The notes: generated from the letters alone by a model not told the origin. A stretch of DNA of 64,000 bases from Hyphomicrobiales bacterium (GCA_017305835.1 JAFKJY010000042.1:36110-100109); one strand, 5' to 3'. Shown: positions 1 through 9,667, counted from the stretch's first letter. Numbers and translations are program-made.

Positions 1-1242
1 GCTTCCAGCGGCGAGAACCTGACGCGCGGCATGAAGATGCTGGCCGAGGACATCCGCGCCGGCCATGGCGAGCTGAAGCTGCGCCAGTCCGACCAGTCGC
101 GCTTCGTCGTGGGCGAGAACCTCGCCACCACCCCCGGCAAGGTCGTCGCGCGCAGCCCGGTGGCGGAGATCCTCCAGTACGAGCCGGCGACCGAGACCGT
201 GCTCAAACGGCCGCTGCTGATCTGCCCGCCCTGGATCAACAAGTTCTACATCCTCGACCTGAATCCCGAAAAGTCCTTCATCCGCTGGGCCGTGGCGCAG
301 GGCCACACGGTCTTCGTCATCTCCTGGGTCAACCCTGACGAGCGGCACGGCCGCATGAGCTGGGAGGACTACATCCGCGAGGGGCTGGCCTTCGGCCTCG
401 ACACCGTGGAGGCCGCGACCGGCGAGCGCGAGGTCAACGCCGTCGGCTACTGCGTCGGCGGCACGCTGCTCGCCGCGGCCCTCGCCCTGATGGCCAGGAC
501 CGGCGACGACCGCATCCACTCCGCCACGCTGCTCACCACGCAGGTCGACTTCACCTATGCCGGCGACCTCAAGGTGTTCGTCGACGAGGACCAGATCTCC
601 GCGCTCGAGAAGGCGATGGGCGAGAAGGGTTATCTCGAAGGCACGCGCATGGCGACCGCCTTCAATATGCTGCGCTCGGGCGAGCTGATCTGGCCCTATT
701 TCGTCAACAACTACCTGCGCGGCAAGGAGCCGATGCCGTTCGACCTGCTCTACTGGAACTCCGATTCCACGCGCATGCCGGCGGCCAACCATTCCTACTA
801 CCTGCGCAACTGCTACCTGGAGAACAACCTCTCCTGCGGCCGCATGGAGCTTTCCGGCAGGAAGCTCTCGCTCGGCGACGTCAAGATCCCGGTCTACAAC
901 CTCGCCACCCGCGAGGACCACATCGCGCCGGCCCGCTCCGTCTTCGTCGGCTGCCGCTTCTTCGGCGGCGACGTCGAATATGTGGTGGCCGGCTCCGGCC
1001 ACATCGCCGGCGTGGTCAACCCGCCCGCCTCCGGCAAATACCAGCACTGGACCGACGGCAAGCCGGAGGGCGAGTTCGACGACTGGCTGAAGGGCGCGAA
1101 GGAGAACCCGGGCTCATGGTGGCCGCACTGGCAGGCCTGGATCGAAAGGCAGGAATCGAGCCGCGTCCCGGCCCGCAAGCCGGGCGGGAAGACCCCCGTG
1201 CTCGGCCCCGCGCCGGGGGACTACGTCAAGGTGCGTGTCTGA
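1..1242 (+). CDS. phaC: Class I poly(3-hydroxyalkanoate) synthase, 5' part outside window
   Basis: Frame open from base 1; [12 protein letters not shown], lipase box GYCVGG, DLLYWN, DHIAP and SGHIAG motifs. Confidence 0.93.
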   Translation, partial: ASSGENLTRGMKMLAEDIRAGHGELKLRQSDQSRFVVGENLATTPGKVVARSPVAEILQYEPATETVLKRPLLICPPWINKFYILDLNPEKSFIRWAVAQGHTVFVISWVNPDERHGRMSWEDYIREGLAFGLDTVEAATGEREVNAVGYCVGGTLLAAALALMARTGDDRIHSATLLTTQVDFTYAGDLKVFVDEDQISALEKAMGEKGYLEGTRMATAFNMLRSGELIWPYFVNNYLRGKEPMPFDLLYWNSDSTRMPAANHSYYLRNCYLENNLSCGRMELSGRKLSLGDVKIPVYNLATREDHIAPARSVFVGCRFFGGDVEYVVAGSGHIAGVVNPPASGKYQHWTDGKPEGEFDDWLKGAKENPGSWWPHWQAWIERQESSRVPARKPGGKTPVLGPAPGDYVKVRV

Positions 1243-1467
1243 AATGCGATAACCGCCAGAATTCGTCTGGACATAATTCGTGATAGGCTTGACAGTGTCC
1301 AAAGGGTGACAGGAGAGGGTTTCCCGCGCAATTTGCGCACTGATTTGGCGGCTCGCCGCCGGACGGTGCATTTCGCATGCGGCCAGCCGCGCAGTCGGCG
1401 GCCGCACCGTCGACCAGGAAGACCCGGCACGCCGGGCGCATGCGAAGACAAGCAGGGGACAGTCGAA

Positions 1468-2871
1468 TTGAGGCAGCAGGGCGCGTCGGCGAGAGTTTCG
1501 GGCCATCTGGCGCTCGCCGCCGTTTCGGCCGTGTTGCTGGCTTCCTGTTCGACGACCTCCGAGCCGATGCTGGCCGTCGCGCTGCAGCCGCCTGCGCCCT
1601 CGCTCGCCGCCGCCGGCCCAGCGGCCGCCACCACTGACCAGGCCGGGGCCGCGACGGGGACCGACGCGATCGCCGGCGCGCAGGCGACCACCGCCTATTC
1701 CTTCGTCGGCGACGGCGACCCGGTTCTGCCGCAGAAGGTCGCGGCCGTGCCGACTCCCGCCCCCGCCGCGATGCAGGTCGCCTATGCCGCCCCCGCGACG
1801 GGCGACAGGCTCACCCAATCGCAGATCGACGCCGTCATCGACAGCCGCGCCGGCCCTGCCGAGCCCGCCGCGCAGGCGGCGCAAGCCGACGCCCAGCCGG
1901 CGGCGGCGCCCGAGCCGGCCCCTGCCCCGCAGAAGAAGCGCGGCTTCTTCGCCTCGCTGTTCGGGACCGGCGAGCAGCCGGCCGCGACCAGGCCCGCCGT
2001 GGCGCCCGTCCGGCCGGCCCCGCAGCCGCAGCAGCAGGTCGCGAGCCTCGCCGCGCCAGCGACCGCGCCGGCGGCTCAGCCCGCCGCCCAGGCAGGTGCT
2101 GCCTCCGAACCCGCCGCGATCGCCGAGAAGATGGCGGCAGCGACGACCTTCATCGAAAATCGCCCGCCCGAGGCGGCCGCCGCGGCGAGCTTCGCCGAGC
2201 CGAAGAAGCGCGGTTTCTTCGCCTCGCTGTTCACCCCGGCCGAGGCCGCGCCGGCGCCGCAGCGCAGGATCGAGCCGCAGCCGCCGGTGCAGGCCGCCGC
2301 GACGCCGCTGGTCCAGCTCGCCTCGACCGGCCCCGTCTTGCAGCTCGGATCGAGCGAGCCGCGCTCGCTCGCCGCGTCCGGCGTGCTGCCGGGCGTGCGC
2401 ACCGACAACCTGTTCCAGATCACCCGCAAGTCCGGCACCGGCGACGACAGCGACATCGACCTGCACGAGGACGACGAGGTGGAGGTCGCCTCCGCCGCCG
2501 GCCTCGCGCGGCTGGCGCCCAACGGCCTGCTCAAGCAGACCGACCGCGTCGACGTGCAGTGCCTCAAGCCCTCGCTGCTGCGCGTCATCAAGACGGTCGA
2601 GGGCCATTACGGCCGCAAGGTCGTCGTCACCTCCGGCTATCGCAGCCCGCCGGCCAACCAGCGCGCCCGCGGCGCCCGCAATTCGCTGCACATGTACTGC
2701 GCCGCCGCCGACATCCAGGTCGAGGGTGTTTCCAAATGGGAGCTGGCGACCTATCTGAGGACCATGCCGGGCCGCGGCGGCGTCGGCACCTACTGCTACA
2801 CCAATTCGGTGCATGTCGACGTCGGCCCCGAGCGCGACTGGGACTGGCGCTGCCGCCGCCGCAAGAAGTAG
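1468..2871 (+). CDS. Lipoprotein with Ala/Pro-rich linker and C-terminal YcbK/peptidase M15 domain
   Basis: Lipobox LLASC after TTG at 1468 (start uncertain); SGYRS, SLHMYCAAADI and HVD Zn-peptidase motifs. Confidence 0.75.
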   Translation: MRQQGASARVSGHLALAAVSAVLLASCSTTSEPMLAVALQPPAPSLAAAGPAAATTDQAGAATGTDAIAGAQATTAYSFVGDGDPVLPQKVAAVPTPAPAAMQVAYAAPATGDRLTQSQIDAVIDSRAGPAEPAAQAAQADAQPAAAPEPAPAPQKKRGFFASLFGTGEQPAATRPAVAPVRPAPQPQQQVASLAAPATAPAAQPAAQAGAASEPAAIAEKMAAATTFIENRPPEAAAAASFAEPKKRGFFASLFTPAEAAPAPQRRIEPQPPVQAAATPLVQLASTGPVLQLGSSEPRSLAASGVLPGVRTDNLFQITRKSGTGDDSDIDLHEDDEVEVASAAGLARLAPNGLLKQTDRVDVQCLKPSLLRVIKTVEGHYGRKVVVTSGYRSPPANQRARGARNSLHMYCAAADIQVEGVSKWELATYLRTMPGRGGVGTYCYTNSVHVDVGPERDWDWRCRRRKK

Positions 2872-2906
2872 CCCCAAAAAAGTTGCGGTCGCCGATTTGG
2901 CGCGGG

Positions 2907-2934
2907 TTGCCGCCGCGGTCGAAGCTGATATAAG
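2907..2934 (+). promoter_or_regulatory. Putative sigma70 promoter of tRNA-Glu
   Basis: TTGCCG-N16-TATAAG ending 11 nt before the tRNA. Confidence 0.5.
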
Positions 2935-2945
2935 CGCCCCGTTCT

Positions 2946-3020
2946 GCGCCCATCGTCTATCGGTCAGGACGCCACCCTTTCACGGTGGAGAGAGGGGTTC
3001 GATTCCCCTTGGGCGTACCA
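2946..3020 (+). tRNA. tRNA-Glu(TTC)
   Basis: Acceptor GCGCCCA/TGGGCGT, anticodon arm CCACC-CTTTCAC-GGTGG, T-loop TTCGATT, encoded CCA. Confidence 0.97.
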
Positions 3021-3021
3021 T
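3004..3021 (+). repeat. attL core TCCCCTTGGGCGTACCAT
   Basis: Exact 18-bp copy at 48738-48755; corresponds to the tRNA 3' end. Confidence 0.92.
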
Positions 3022-3052
3022 TTCCCCAATGTTGTCAATTGCTTGCAGGACG

Positions 3053-3087
3053 GGTAGCCAAGGCGGTTAGCCAAGAGGGTCGCCAGG
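3053..3087 (+). repeat. Three short direct repeats, likely integrase arm-type sites
   Basis: GGTAGCCAAG, GTTAGCCAAG and GGTCGCCAGG spaced 12-13 bp; related GGTCGCCAGA at 48656-48665 near attR. Confidence 0.45.
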
Positions 3088-3100
3088 GCGATTCCACCGC

Positions 3101-3418
3101 CTATTCGTCGCGCCAGACCGGCCGACGGAGGTAGCGGATCGCGACCAGCCGCCGCACGGTCGTCTTCTGGCGATCCCCGGCCGAGACCGAGACCAGCTCC
3201 ACGTCGAGCGTCCGGTCCTTGCCGCAGCCGCTGCACTTCATCGCATAGACCACGTCGTCGACCTCGATATTGCCGAGCACGACACGCAAATCCCCGAGCT
3301 CGTAAAAATGCTCCCGCTTGCAATAGCGGCAGCGGATGCGCACGAGGCGGCCTGGCATCCGCTCGGCGTCGCCGAGCGTGTAGGAGTTCTTCCGCTTGGG
3401 CCAATATGGTTCCGGCAT
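3101..3418 (-). CDS. Small Zn-ribbon-like hypothetical protein
   Basis: CxxC...CxxC (CRYC, CSGC); ATG 3418 directly downstream of a LexA box. Confidence 0.6.
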   Translation of the reverse strand: MPEPYWPKRKNSYTLGDAERMPGRLVRIRCRYCKREHFYELGDLRVVLGNIEVDDVVYAMKCSGCGKDRTLDVELVSVSAGDRQKTTVRRLVAIRYLRRPVWRDE

Positions 3419-3423
3419 GACGA

Positions 3424-3438
3424 GAACAGAAAAGGAAC
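3424..3438. promoter_or_regulatory. Alphaproteobacterial LexA (SOS) box
   Basis: GAAC-AGAAAAG-GAAC (GAAC-N7-GAAC) in a divergent intergenic region, next to palindromic TTGACGCGTCAA at 3446-3457. Confidence 0.75.
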
Positions 3439-3494
3439 AAATTCCTTGACGCGTCAACCGGACGGTGGCTTATAGGGCCATCACGAAACGTCAC

Positions 3495-3731
3495 ATGGCA
3501 GCGGAAATGGGAACCGAGCCGCAACCGGCACAGGGCGGCGAAGGCGTGTCCGATCTCGACGCGGCCGCCGACGAGGCGATCGCGCTCTGCGGCGGCGACG
3601 CGCGCGCGGCCGTGAAGGCCCTCCTGGTCCTCAACGGCCACCTCGAGCGCGAGATCGCGATGGCGATGCCGGTGGTCTCGTACGGCTTCTCGCGCGGCTG
3701 GCACCACAGGAACCGGGAGCCTGAGGCATGA
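3495..3731 (+). CDS. Small hypothetical protein
   Basis: First of five overlapping + strand ORFs; start uncertain. Confidence 0.55.
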   Translation: MAAEMGTEPQPAQGGEGVSDLDAAADEAIALCGGDARAAVKALLVLNGHLEREIAMAMPVVSYGFSRGWHHRNREPEA

Positions 3732-4129
3732 CGGCGATCACGTCGCAAATGCGGCTCCGGGCGCGTCGCAGGATGCTGGCCGAGCACTATCCCCACCGGG
3801 TCGGCCTGCCAGAAACGTTCTGCACCTATGAGAACTTCACGGCGCTGAACGACTTCTGCCGGGAACGGTTCGGCGAATACCCGAAGACCGAGAGCATCTA
3901 TGGCGCGTGGGAGGGCTTCTCGGACGGGCAGGAGATGCGCCTGTACTGCTTTCCCACGCCCGAGCAGGCGGCCGAGTTCTGCGCCTACTTCGACGGCCTG
4001 CCATTCGATGAACGCTCTTGCAAAAAGAACGGGAAGGACCGCAGGATCTGGATACTGCCCGGCCTGCCGGCCCATCGCATCCAGCACGGGCCGCTGTCGG
4101 TGCCGAGATGGCTCAGGGAGAACCCATGA
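3728..4129 (+). CDS. Hypothetical protein
   Basis: 133 aa, ATGA overlaps with both neighbours. Confidence 0.65.
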   Translation: MTAITSQMRLRARRRMLAEHYPHRVGLPETFCTYENFTALNDFCRERFGEYPKTESIYGAWEGFSDGQEMRLYCFPTPEQAAEFCAYFDGLPFDERSCKKNGKDRRIWILPGLPAHRIQHGPLSVPRWLRENP

Positions 4130-4317
4130 GGCTGACACTGGACCTCTCCGAAAGCGTCGTCAGGGCGCTCAACGGCCTCGCGCAGTTCCGCAGGCTGACG
4201 CCCGAGGAGATCGCGGCCGAGCTGCTGCAGACTCACCTCGAAGCCGTCGGTGCGATCGGCGGCGACGTCGCCCGCCGGCCACCGCTGCGCATGGCCCGCC
4301 CCGAGGGCAACGCCTGA
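4126..4317 (+). CDS. Ribbon-helix-helix-like small protein
   Basis: MRLTLDLSESVVRALNGLA has the RHH beta-alpha pattern; coupled overlaps. Confidence 0.45.
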   Translation: MRLTLDLSESVVRALNGLAQFRRLTPEEIAAELLQTHLEAVGAIGGDVARRPPLRMARPEGNA

Positions 4318-4991
4318 TGTGCGGCCGCTTCACCCGCATCCATGCATGGCGAGACATCTGGCAGATGTATCGCATCGTCAACAGCGACCCCGGCCGCAAC
4401 ACGGAGGCGCGCTACAACATCGCGCCGACGCAAACGATCGACTTCGTCACCTCTGACGGCGCCGGCAATCACCGGCTGCACGAGGGGCGATGGGGGCTGG
4501 TGCCTCATTGGGCGAAGGAGATCGTCAAGGCGAGCACGATCAACGCGCGCGTCGAGACCGCCGACACGACTGCGATGTTCCGCGACGCGTGGCGCTCGCG
4601 GCGATGCCTGATTCCGGCGGACGGCTTCTACGAGTGGACGGTCAGCACCGAGGACGGCAAGAAAGACCCGTGGTTCATCCACCTGCCCGAGACGCGGCCG
4701 TTTTCATTCGCCGGCCTATGGGCGCACAACGACAAGCTCGGACTGGAAAGCTGCACCATCATCACCACCACGGCTGCCGAGCCGATGCGGAAGCTTCACG
4801 ATCGCCAGCCGGTCATCCTCGACCCGGCCGCCTATGACGCATGGCTCGACCCCGCGACCGCGTCGGAAAGCCTCAAGCCGCTGCTGGAGCGCGATCTGGA
4901 TGGACAACTGCAGTTCTACCGGGTGAGCCGAGCGGTGAACACGTACAAGACACAGGGCGGCGTCTGCATCGAGCCGATCAATCCAGCATGA
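4317..4991 (+). CDS. SOS response-associated peptidase (SRAP/YedK/HMCES family)
   Basis: MCGRF N-terminus, RYNIAPTQ, INARVET, CLIPADGFYEW, HDRQPVIL. Confidence 0.93.
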   Translation: MCGRFTRIHAWRDIWQMYRIVNSDPGRNTEARYNIAPTQTIDFVTSDGAGNHRLHEGRWGLVPHWAKEIVKASTINARVETADTTAMFRDAWRSRRCLIPADGFYEWTVSTEDGKKDPWFIHLPETRPFSFAGLWAHNDKLGLESCTIITTTAAEPMRKLHDRQPVILDPAAYDAWLDPATASESLKPLLERDLDGQLQFYRVSRAVNTYKTQGGVCIEPINPA

Positions 4992-5251
4992 CTGAAGAAG
5001 AACTTGAAGCTGCGTGGGCAGCCGCGCCGGTCGTCTACACGATGGAATCCGCTCCGACGCTCAACACGCCCATCCTCGCGCGCGACGCTGACGGCGATCT
5101 GGCGCTGATCCGGTGGCGCGTGCACCCGGATGTGGACGAGGAAATCGACGATCCGTACTGGGCACGGTTCGACACCGACGAGCTGTTCGACCCGGTAGCG
5201 TGGGTGCCGTCGCCTGTGACGATCGACGAGATACTGGTGCTGTACGGCTGA
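4988..5251 (+). CDS. Acidic hypothetical protein
   Basis: ATGA overlap with SRAP stop, 87 aa. Confidence 0.5.
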   Translation: MTEEELEAAWAAAPVVYTMESAPTLNTPILARDADGDLALIRWRVHPDVDEEIDDPYWARFDTDELFDPVAWVPSPVTIDEILVLYG

Positions 5252-5280
5252 TGCCGTGACGGAAACCATCGTTCGGTAGA

Positions 5281-5490
5281 TCAGCTCAGCAATCCTCGCT
5301 GCTTTAGGAGCGCCTCCAGCGCCCTGATGTCGTCGGCATAGGACGCGGCGTGCACGGGGAACCGTTCCTGCTGCTGCCTGAAGAAGGCGAGCCAGCGCGG
5401 TAGATCGGATGCGGGAAAGGACTGCGACCACGTTCCCTTCACCATCGTGATCATGTCGGTAGTCGAATCGATGGTGGCGGTCGTTTGCAT
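5281..5490 (-). CDS. Hypothetical protein
   Basis: 69 aa ORF with protein-like composition. Confidence 0.5.
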   Translation of the reverse strand: MQTTATIDSTTDMITMVKGTWSQSFPASDLPRWLAFFRQQQERFPVHAASYADDIRALEALLKQRGLLS

Positions 5491-5549
5491 GAGTTCGGTA
5501 TAGACCTTCGATCGCCAGAATGAAGGCAGCGCGCTCGGCGCTTAAACGC

Positions 5550-5580
5550 AAAAAGCCCCGCCGGCCGTAGCCAGCGGGGC
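5550..5580 (-). terminator. Intrinsic terminator at end of late/lysis operon
   Basis: Minus strand GCCCCGCTGG-N-CCGGCGGGGC stem followed by TTTTT. Confidence 0.75.
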
Positions 5581-5689
5581 GCGCAATGTGCGATGTGGTC
5601 GCGAAATCAGGCAGTCAGAGCCAGCCCGATCCAGATCCCGATCAGGACGTCCAGCACGAAGATCATGGCCGTAAGTGTCCTCGCGGACG

Positions 5690-6025
5690 TCATGGCCTCG
5701 TCCTCGACAGATGTTCTGCGATCTGCGTCAGGGCGATAAGGATGCCGGCAGCGGTCATGATGATCCACACCGACGTCTTCCCGAGCCATCCGAGCCGGCC
5801 GAGCAACCAGCTCATGCGCGTCCAGAGCTCCAGCAGCTTGAACCCGGCGGCGTACTTTTCCGGGTCCAGCTTGAGGAAGTCGTCCAGACGCTTGCGTTCT
5901 TCCGATTCCAGATGTCCGCACCATATCAGCGCCTCTCGCTGCTTGTGGTCCAAACGGTCTAGCCAGAGAATCGTTTCGTCGCTGAGATCGCGCAGGCGCA
6001 GCGGCACGGCCGGCTCATCGGTCAT
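5690..6025 (-). CDS. Membrane protein in lysis cassette (possible holin)
   Basis: C-terminal hydrophobic helix VWIIMTAAGILIAL; position after spanins. Confidence 0.4.
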   Translation of the reverse strand: MTDEPAVPLRLRDLSDETILWLDRLDHKQREALIWCGHLESEERKRLDDFLKLDPEKYAAGFKLLELWTRMSWLLGRLGWLGKTSVWIIMTAAGILIALTQIAEHLSRTRP

Positions 6026-6219
6026 TTCCAGCAGCCCTGCGCCTTGCCGAAGCGGTCGGTGGCGACGAGGTAGCGCGCGATCGTCTCCTCGCGCTGCACG
6101 AGGCTCGCGGGATCATTCGCCTTCGGCGGCTGCCGCCACCCCGCGCAGTTGCCCGCACTGGTCTGGCAGCCCGCCAAGGTCAAGGCAGATGCGATAGCGA
6201 TCCATGCCGTCCACTTCAT
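6022..6219 (-). CDS. o-spanin-like lipoprotein
   Basis: Signal peptide with lipobox LAGC; overlaps the i-spanin 3' end. Confidence 0.75.
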   Translation of the reverse strand: MKWTAWIAIASALTLAGCQTSAGNCAGWRQPPKANDPASLVQREETIARYLVATDRFGKAQGCWK

Positions 6220-6388
6220 GGTCGATCCCTTCCCGTTTCACGAATGCGTCGACATCGGCCTCCAGCCGCTCCACGGCGGCCTGCTGGCGCCCATCATGCT
6301 TGCCGATGAAGTAGAGCGGCCCGGCCGCCAGAAGCGCACCGGCGACTGCCCCTGCCCCGAGCTTGAGCCAGTCGAGGAGGCCAAGCAT
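6113..6388 (-). CDS. i-spanin-like protein
   Basis: N-terminal TM followed by helical periplasmic region with Cys; overlaps lipoprotein ORF. Confidence 0.65.
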   Translation of the reverse strand: MLGLLDWLKLGAGAVAGALLAAGPLYFIGKHDGRQQAAVERLEADVDAFVKREGIDHEVDGMDRYRICLDLGGLPDQCGQLRGVAAAAEGE

Positions 6389-6741
6389 CAGAACGCCTCC
6401 AGCGGCACGGTTCGACCGGCCAGCGCGTGCGTGCAGTCGCCAAGGAATTCGATCTGGCCGTCGCGCACGAACGAGTGGCAGACGGAGCACTTGAAGGGAG
6501 CCGGCTTGTCGAGCCGCGCTTCATAGGTGCACCAGCAGTCCTTGCCGTCCTGACCAGCGCAATAGTGCCCCGTCTTCACCAATACGGACGGCGAGAACGT
6601 TGGCCGGTCGTAGTCGTCGTTGAAGCCCCAGCGAGGACCAGGACCGTCGCCGACCTGCACCTGGTGCGCGCCGTCGCAGCCGGGACACCAGAAAAGCAGC
6701 CGGCCGCCCTCGGCCGTGCGAAGAACGCCGCGCGCAGCCAT
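6388..6741 (-). CDS. Cys-rich phage protein (DUF6527-like)
   Basis: FWCPGCDGAH, PTFSPSVL, CHSFVRDGQIEFLGDCTH pattern. Confidence 0.6.
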   Translation of the reverse strand: MAARGVLRTAEGGRLLFWCPGCDGAHQVQVGDGPGPRWGFNDDYDRPTFSPSVLVKTGHYCAGQDGKDCWCTYEARLDKPAPFKCSVCHSFVRDGQIEFLGDCTHALAGRTVPLEAF

Positions 6742-7553
6742 CACCGTCCCTCCACCGCCTGCCGGATGTCCTGCACGGCGCCGATGATCTGCCGGCGCAG
6801 CAGGACAATGAGCAGCAGGATGAGAACCGCGGCGCCGGCGATGATCGCGACCGTCTGCCAGTCCAGCCCGAACAGCCAGCCCGCTCCGACGCCGCCGCCG
6901 CCGACGACGCCGGTGACCTTCTGCCACCAGCTCGTCTTCTCCTTGACCTTGTCCTCGACCTTCGCCGGCACGACCGGCTTCTCGATCATCTCGACCGGCT
7001 GCCCAGCCTTGTGTCGCGCACGAACCTCCGCCAGCACGGCGCGCACCTGCACCGGCGTCACGGCCGCCCGCTGGCCGTCATAGGCGCCCTTGCCGCTCGG
7101 CAGCGGCAGGCTGGCCCATTCATGCGCGAGGTTGCTGAGCAGCGTGTCCTCGCTGAGCCGGCCGGCGAGGTACTTGTCGATGCCGCGCTGGCCGAGCAGG
7201 TAGCAGGCCATCTCGTCCTGGCAGTCCGCATCGAACAGTCGGGAGCCCGGATACCTGTCCGGCATCGCCTTGCGGATGTCGCGCATCGTCGTGCGGACGA
7301 TCTGGTAAAGCCCGACCGCCGACGAGTTGAGCCGGCTGTTGTCGGGATCCTTCAGCATCCGCGTCTGGAGCGCGTCGACTTGGTCGAGCGTCATCCCGAT
7401 GAGATTAACGGAGGTGCCCTTGCCCTTCGTCACCTTGCCGTCGAGCATGATGCCGTAGCCGAGTGTCTCATTGTAGCCGCGGCCGCGATCTGTACCCTCG
7501 CTCGTGCCGATCAGGCCGAGCATCGGGCGATAGACGTAGTATGGATCGGACAT
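6741..7553 (-). CDS. Endolysin (lambda-R/GH104-like lysozyme) with C-terminal hydrophobic segments
   Basis: IGTSEG, SSAVGLYQI, EWASLP motifs; AGGAG RBS 7 nt before ATG 7553. Confidence 0.85.
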   Translation of the reverse strand: MSDPYYVYRPMLGLIGTSEGTDRGRGYNETLGYGIMLDGKVTKGKGTSVNLIGMTLDQVDALQTRMLKDPDNSRLNSSAVGLYQIVRTTMRDIRKAMPDRYPGSRLFDADCQDEMACYLLGQRGIDKYLAGRLSEDTLLSNLAHEWASLPLPSGKGAYDGQRAAVTPVQVRAVLAEVRARHKAGQPVEMIEKPVVPAKVEDKVKEKTSWWQKVTGVVGGGGVGAGWLFGLDWQTVAIIAGAAVLILLLIVLLRRQIIGAVQDIRQAVEGR

Positions 7554-7935
7554 GAGCATGCTCCTACCGCTGTTGTTGGGCGGTCCTTTTGAATGTCTGT
7601 TCGGAAACGGGAGGGGCGTTGGATCAGGCGGAATAGGCAACTGACCCATCGAATATCGGCTATGGGCCGAAAGTTTTACTTGCTGCCTGGTTTTTGTGCA
7701 GTATTGTGCTTCCTGTCTCTTTCCGGAGAGACAGGGGCTTGGAAACCCTTTCAGGTGGCGGCCGGCCGGCCGTATATTGCCAACGCACCTTTCCGACTGC
7801 TGGTTGGAAAGGTGCGTTTTGCCGTGTTCGTCGGGGAGGCTGCCGCGCATGTGCAGGGCCTCCGCCTAAAGGCGTCAGCGGTCTTCCACCTGAAGGCTTT
7901 CCAACTCCCCGATCACGACCACGGGGGGAAGGGAA

Positions 7936-9186
7936 ATGTCCGGCTACGGCGTTCGCCTATTTAGGCCCACATCGTATCCGCGAGACGTCGCTGCCAAGAC
8001 AGACCTCAAGGCATGGGCGCTGGCGACTTCTGCGCTGCTTTTCCTGTTCATCGGGTTTGCGAAAGGAACGATCGATCTCCCCGTAGATGTCACCATTCTC
8101 GCTTGTCTGGTGCTCTGCCTGGCGTTGATCCCGTATTTCAGAACGGCAGCCTCCCCAACCTCACCTGTCACGCTGGCGCTTGCTGCGCTGATCATGTGGC
8201 TAGCCTTTCGGCTGCTGCCCGACTTCCCGGCATGGGGACTGCGGAAACTGGCCACGGTCGTTCTTTTCGGCGTCCCCGCGTTCATTGCGGGGATCGTCAT
8301 CGCCAAAGATGAGAGGCTGCGCGGGGCAACAATGCGTATTTTGGCCTATGCAGGGCTGCCTGCATCGGCTGCTGTCATCGCGGTTGCAGCGATGGGCAAC
8401 CCCTACGCATTTGCTGCGATCGGCTCTGGTGGCTATCAGTTGACGGGGATCTTCTTAGCGCTGTCGGCTGTGTCGGCAGCGGTCATCCGCCAACCCGTGC
8501 TCGTAGGCGTGGCGGCCCTTGGATGTGCCGTCACTGGTCACATATCCAGCGCTCTGTTCGGTCTCGTCGCGACAGTTCTCGTTTTCGCGAACAACCGGGA
8601 TTGGCACACTGCCGGTGGGGCCGCGATCGCGACCGGCTGCACGATCACGCTGTACACCCTTCTCGTTGCGCCGCCTCTCGTCTTCATGCGCCTGCTCTGG
8701 AAGTTTGGCGGTGTGCTGCTTGTCTGGATGAACCAGCCGGTTTCGCCGGAGGAGGCCGCATCCAGTCTGGGCACCACGCACCTGGGCGCAGGGCTGAACT
8801 CGTTGCTGGAAGCCATGCCGGAAGAATCTCAGGAGTATCTCGTGGATGTCGCTGCGGCAGACCGCCTCGGCTATTTCTCAGCGGCTTGGCATTCGTTCAT
8901 GAGCGCGCCGCTTGCCGGTCATGGCTACGGAGCCGTTGAGTATCTCGGAGCCAGCTATCCACACAATGCGATCCTTGAAATAGCCGCCGAAACAGGATGC
9001 GTCGGAGCAGCACTCGCCCTAGCGACCTTTGGCTGTGCCACCGTGGCCGCGGCGCGGAGTCGCAACGGTTTCGTCATTGGAGCCTGCACAGTCTTGATGC
9101 TGACCGCGATGGTCAGCGGCTATTTCGGCACTAGGCTCCTCCTATTCGCATTTGGTCTTGCTGCGGGAGCTCGCCATGATCGTTGA
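7936..9186 (+). CDS. O-antigen ligase/polymerase (Wzy_C-like) polytopic membrane protein, moron
   Basis: About 10 hydrophobic helices; RLGYFSAAW, PLAGHGYG, YPHNAILEIAAETG motif; antisense to late genes. Confidence 0.75.
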   Translation: MSGYGVRLFRPTSYPRDVAAKTDLKAWALATSALLFLFIGFAKGTIDLPVDVTILACLVLCLALIPYFRTAASPTSPVTLALAALIMWLAFRLLPDFPAWGLRKLATVVLFGVPAFIAGIVIAKDERLRGATMRILAYAGLPASAAVIAVAAMGNPYAFAAIGSGGYQLTGIFLALSAVSAAVIRQPVLVGVAALGCAVTGHISSALFGLVATVLVFANNRDWHTAGGAAIATGCTITLYTLLVAPPLVFMRLLWKFGGVLLVWMNQPVSPEEAASSLGTTHLGAGLNSLLEAMPEESQEYLVDVAAADRLGYFSAAWHSFMSAPLAGHGYGAVEYLGASYPHNAILEIAAETGCVGAALALATFGCATVAAARSRNGFVIGACTVLMLTAMVSGYFGTRLLLFAFGLAAGARHDR

Positions 9187-9667
9187 GTTCTGGCGCGCTG
9201 TCCGCGACTTGTGGGCGTTGGTTGCCATCGTCACTTTTGTCCCGTGCGTAGCGGCTGGTGCTTGGGCAGAAGCAACCGGCGAGGTATCCGTCGTCGACGT
9301 CTACTATCAGGTCTATCGCTTCTCGGCCGGGAAACCTGACATTTCCGGCCTAGAGCAAGTCGTTACGCATAGAGACCCGATGGATTTGCCCCGACGTCCG
9401 CTTGACGTCTTCACTGTGTCGTGGCCCGCCAACACGGTCAGCATCTGGACATCCTCAAATGCCAAGCTTGAACAATTCCGAGCGGGCATGCTGACATCCG
9501 GCGTGACCATTGAGAGAATCTATCCCCCGCGTCACATCCGCCATGTCGATGGAGGAGATCCTCTACCAGCGATGCTCGCGGTAATGCCGTTTGGTTTGAT
9601 TGCCGGATCTTTCGCCGCCTTTCTTGTCGCACGTCGAATCGACGGTCAGCGCAGCCCCGCCGAATAG
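9176..9667 (+). CDS. Two-TM protein, possibly Wzz/chain-length-regulator-like
   Basis: N-terminal TM after EFWRAVRDLW, C-terminal Pro then Gly-rich TM (PFGLIAGSFAAFL); overlaps wzy-like stop. Confidence 0.4.
   Translation: MIVEFWRAVRDLWALVAIVTFVPCVAAGAWAEATGEVSVVDVYYQVYRFSAGKPDISGLEQVVTHRDPMDLPRRPLDVFTVSWPANTVSIWTSSNAKLEQFRAGMLTSGVTIERIYPPRHIRHVDGGDPLPAMLAVMPFGLIAGSFAAFLVARRIDGQRSPAE

Noticed and set aside
1760-2340. Ala/Pro-rich repeats in the YcbK gene (twice KKRGFFASLF)
   Set aside because: Ordinary low-complexity linker with a short internal duplication; no sign of a separate element.
1114-2877. 587-aa minus-strand ORF, and similar long shadow ORFs (25220-27085, 28689-30737, 14858-16798, 49590-51179)
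   Set aside because: Antisense to motif-supported genes, Arg/Gly-rich and low-complexity; expected at this GC content.
5607-5693. 28-aa hydrophobic ORF as holin/antiholin
   Set aside because: Too short to support beyond position and hydrophobicity.
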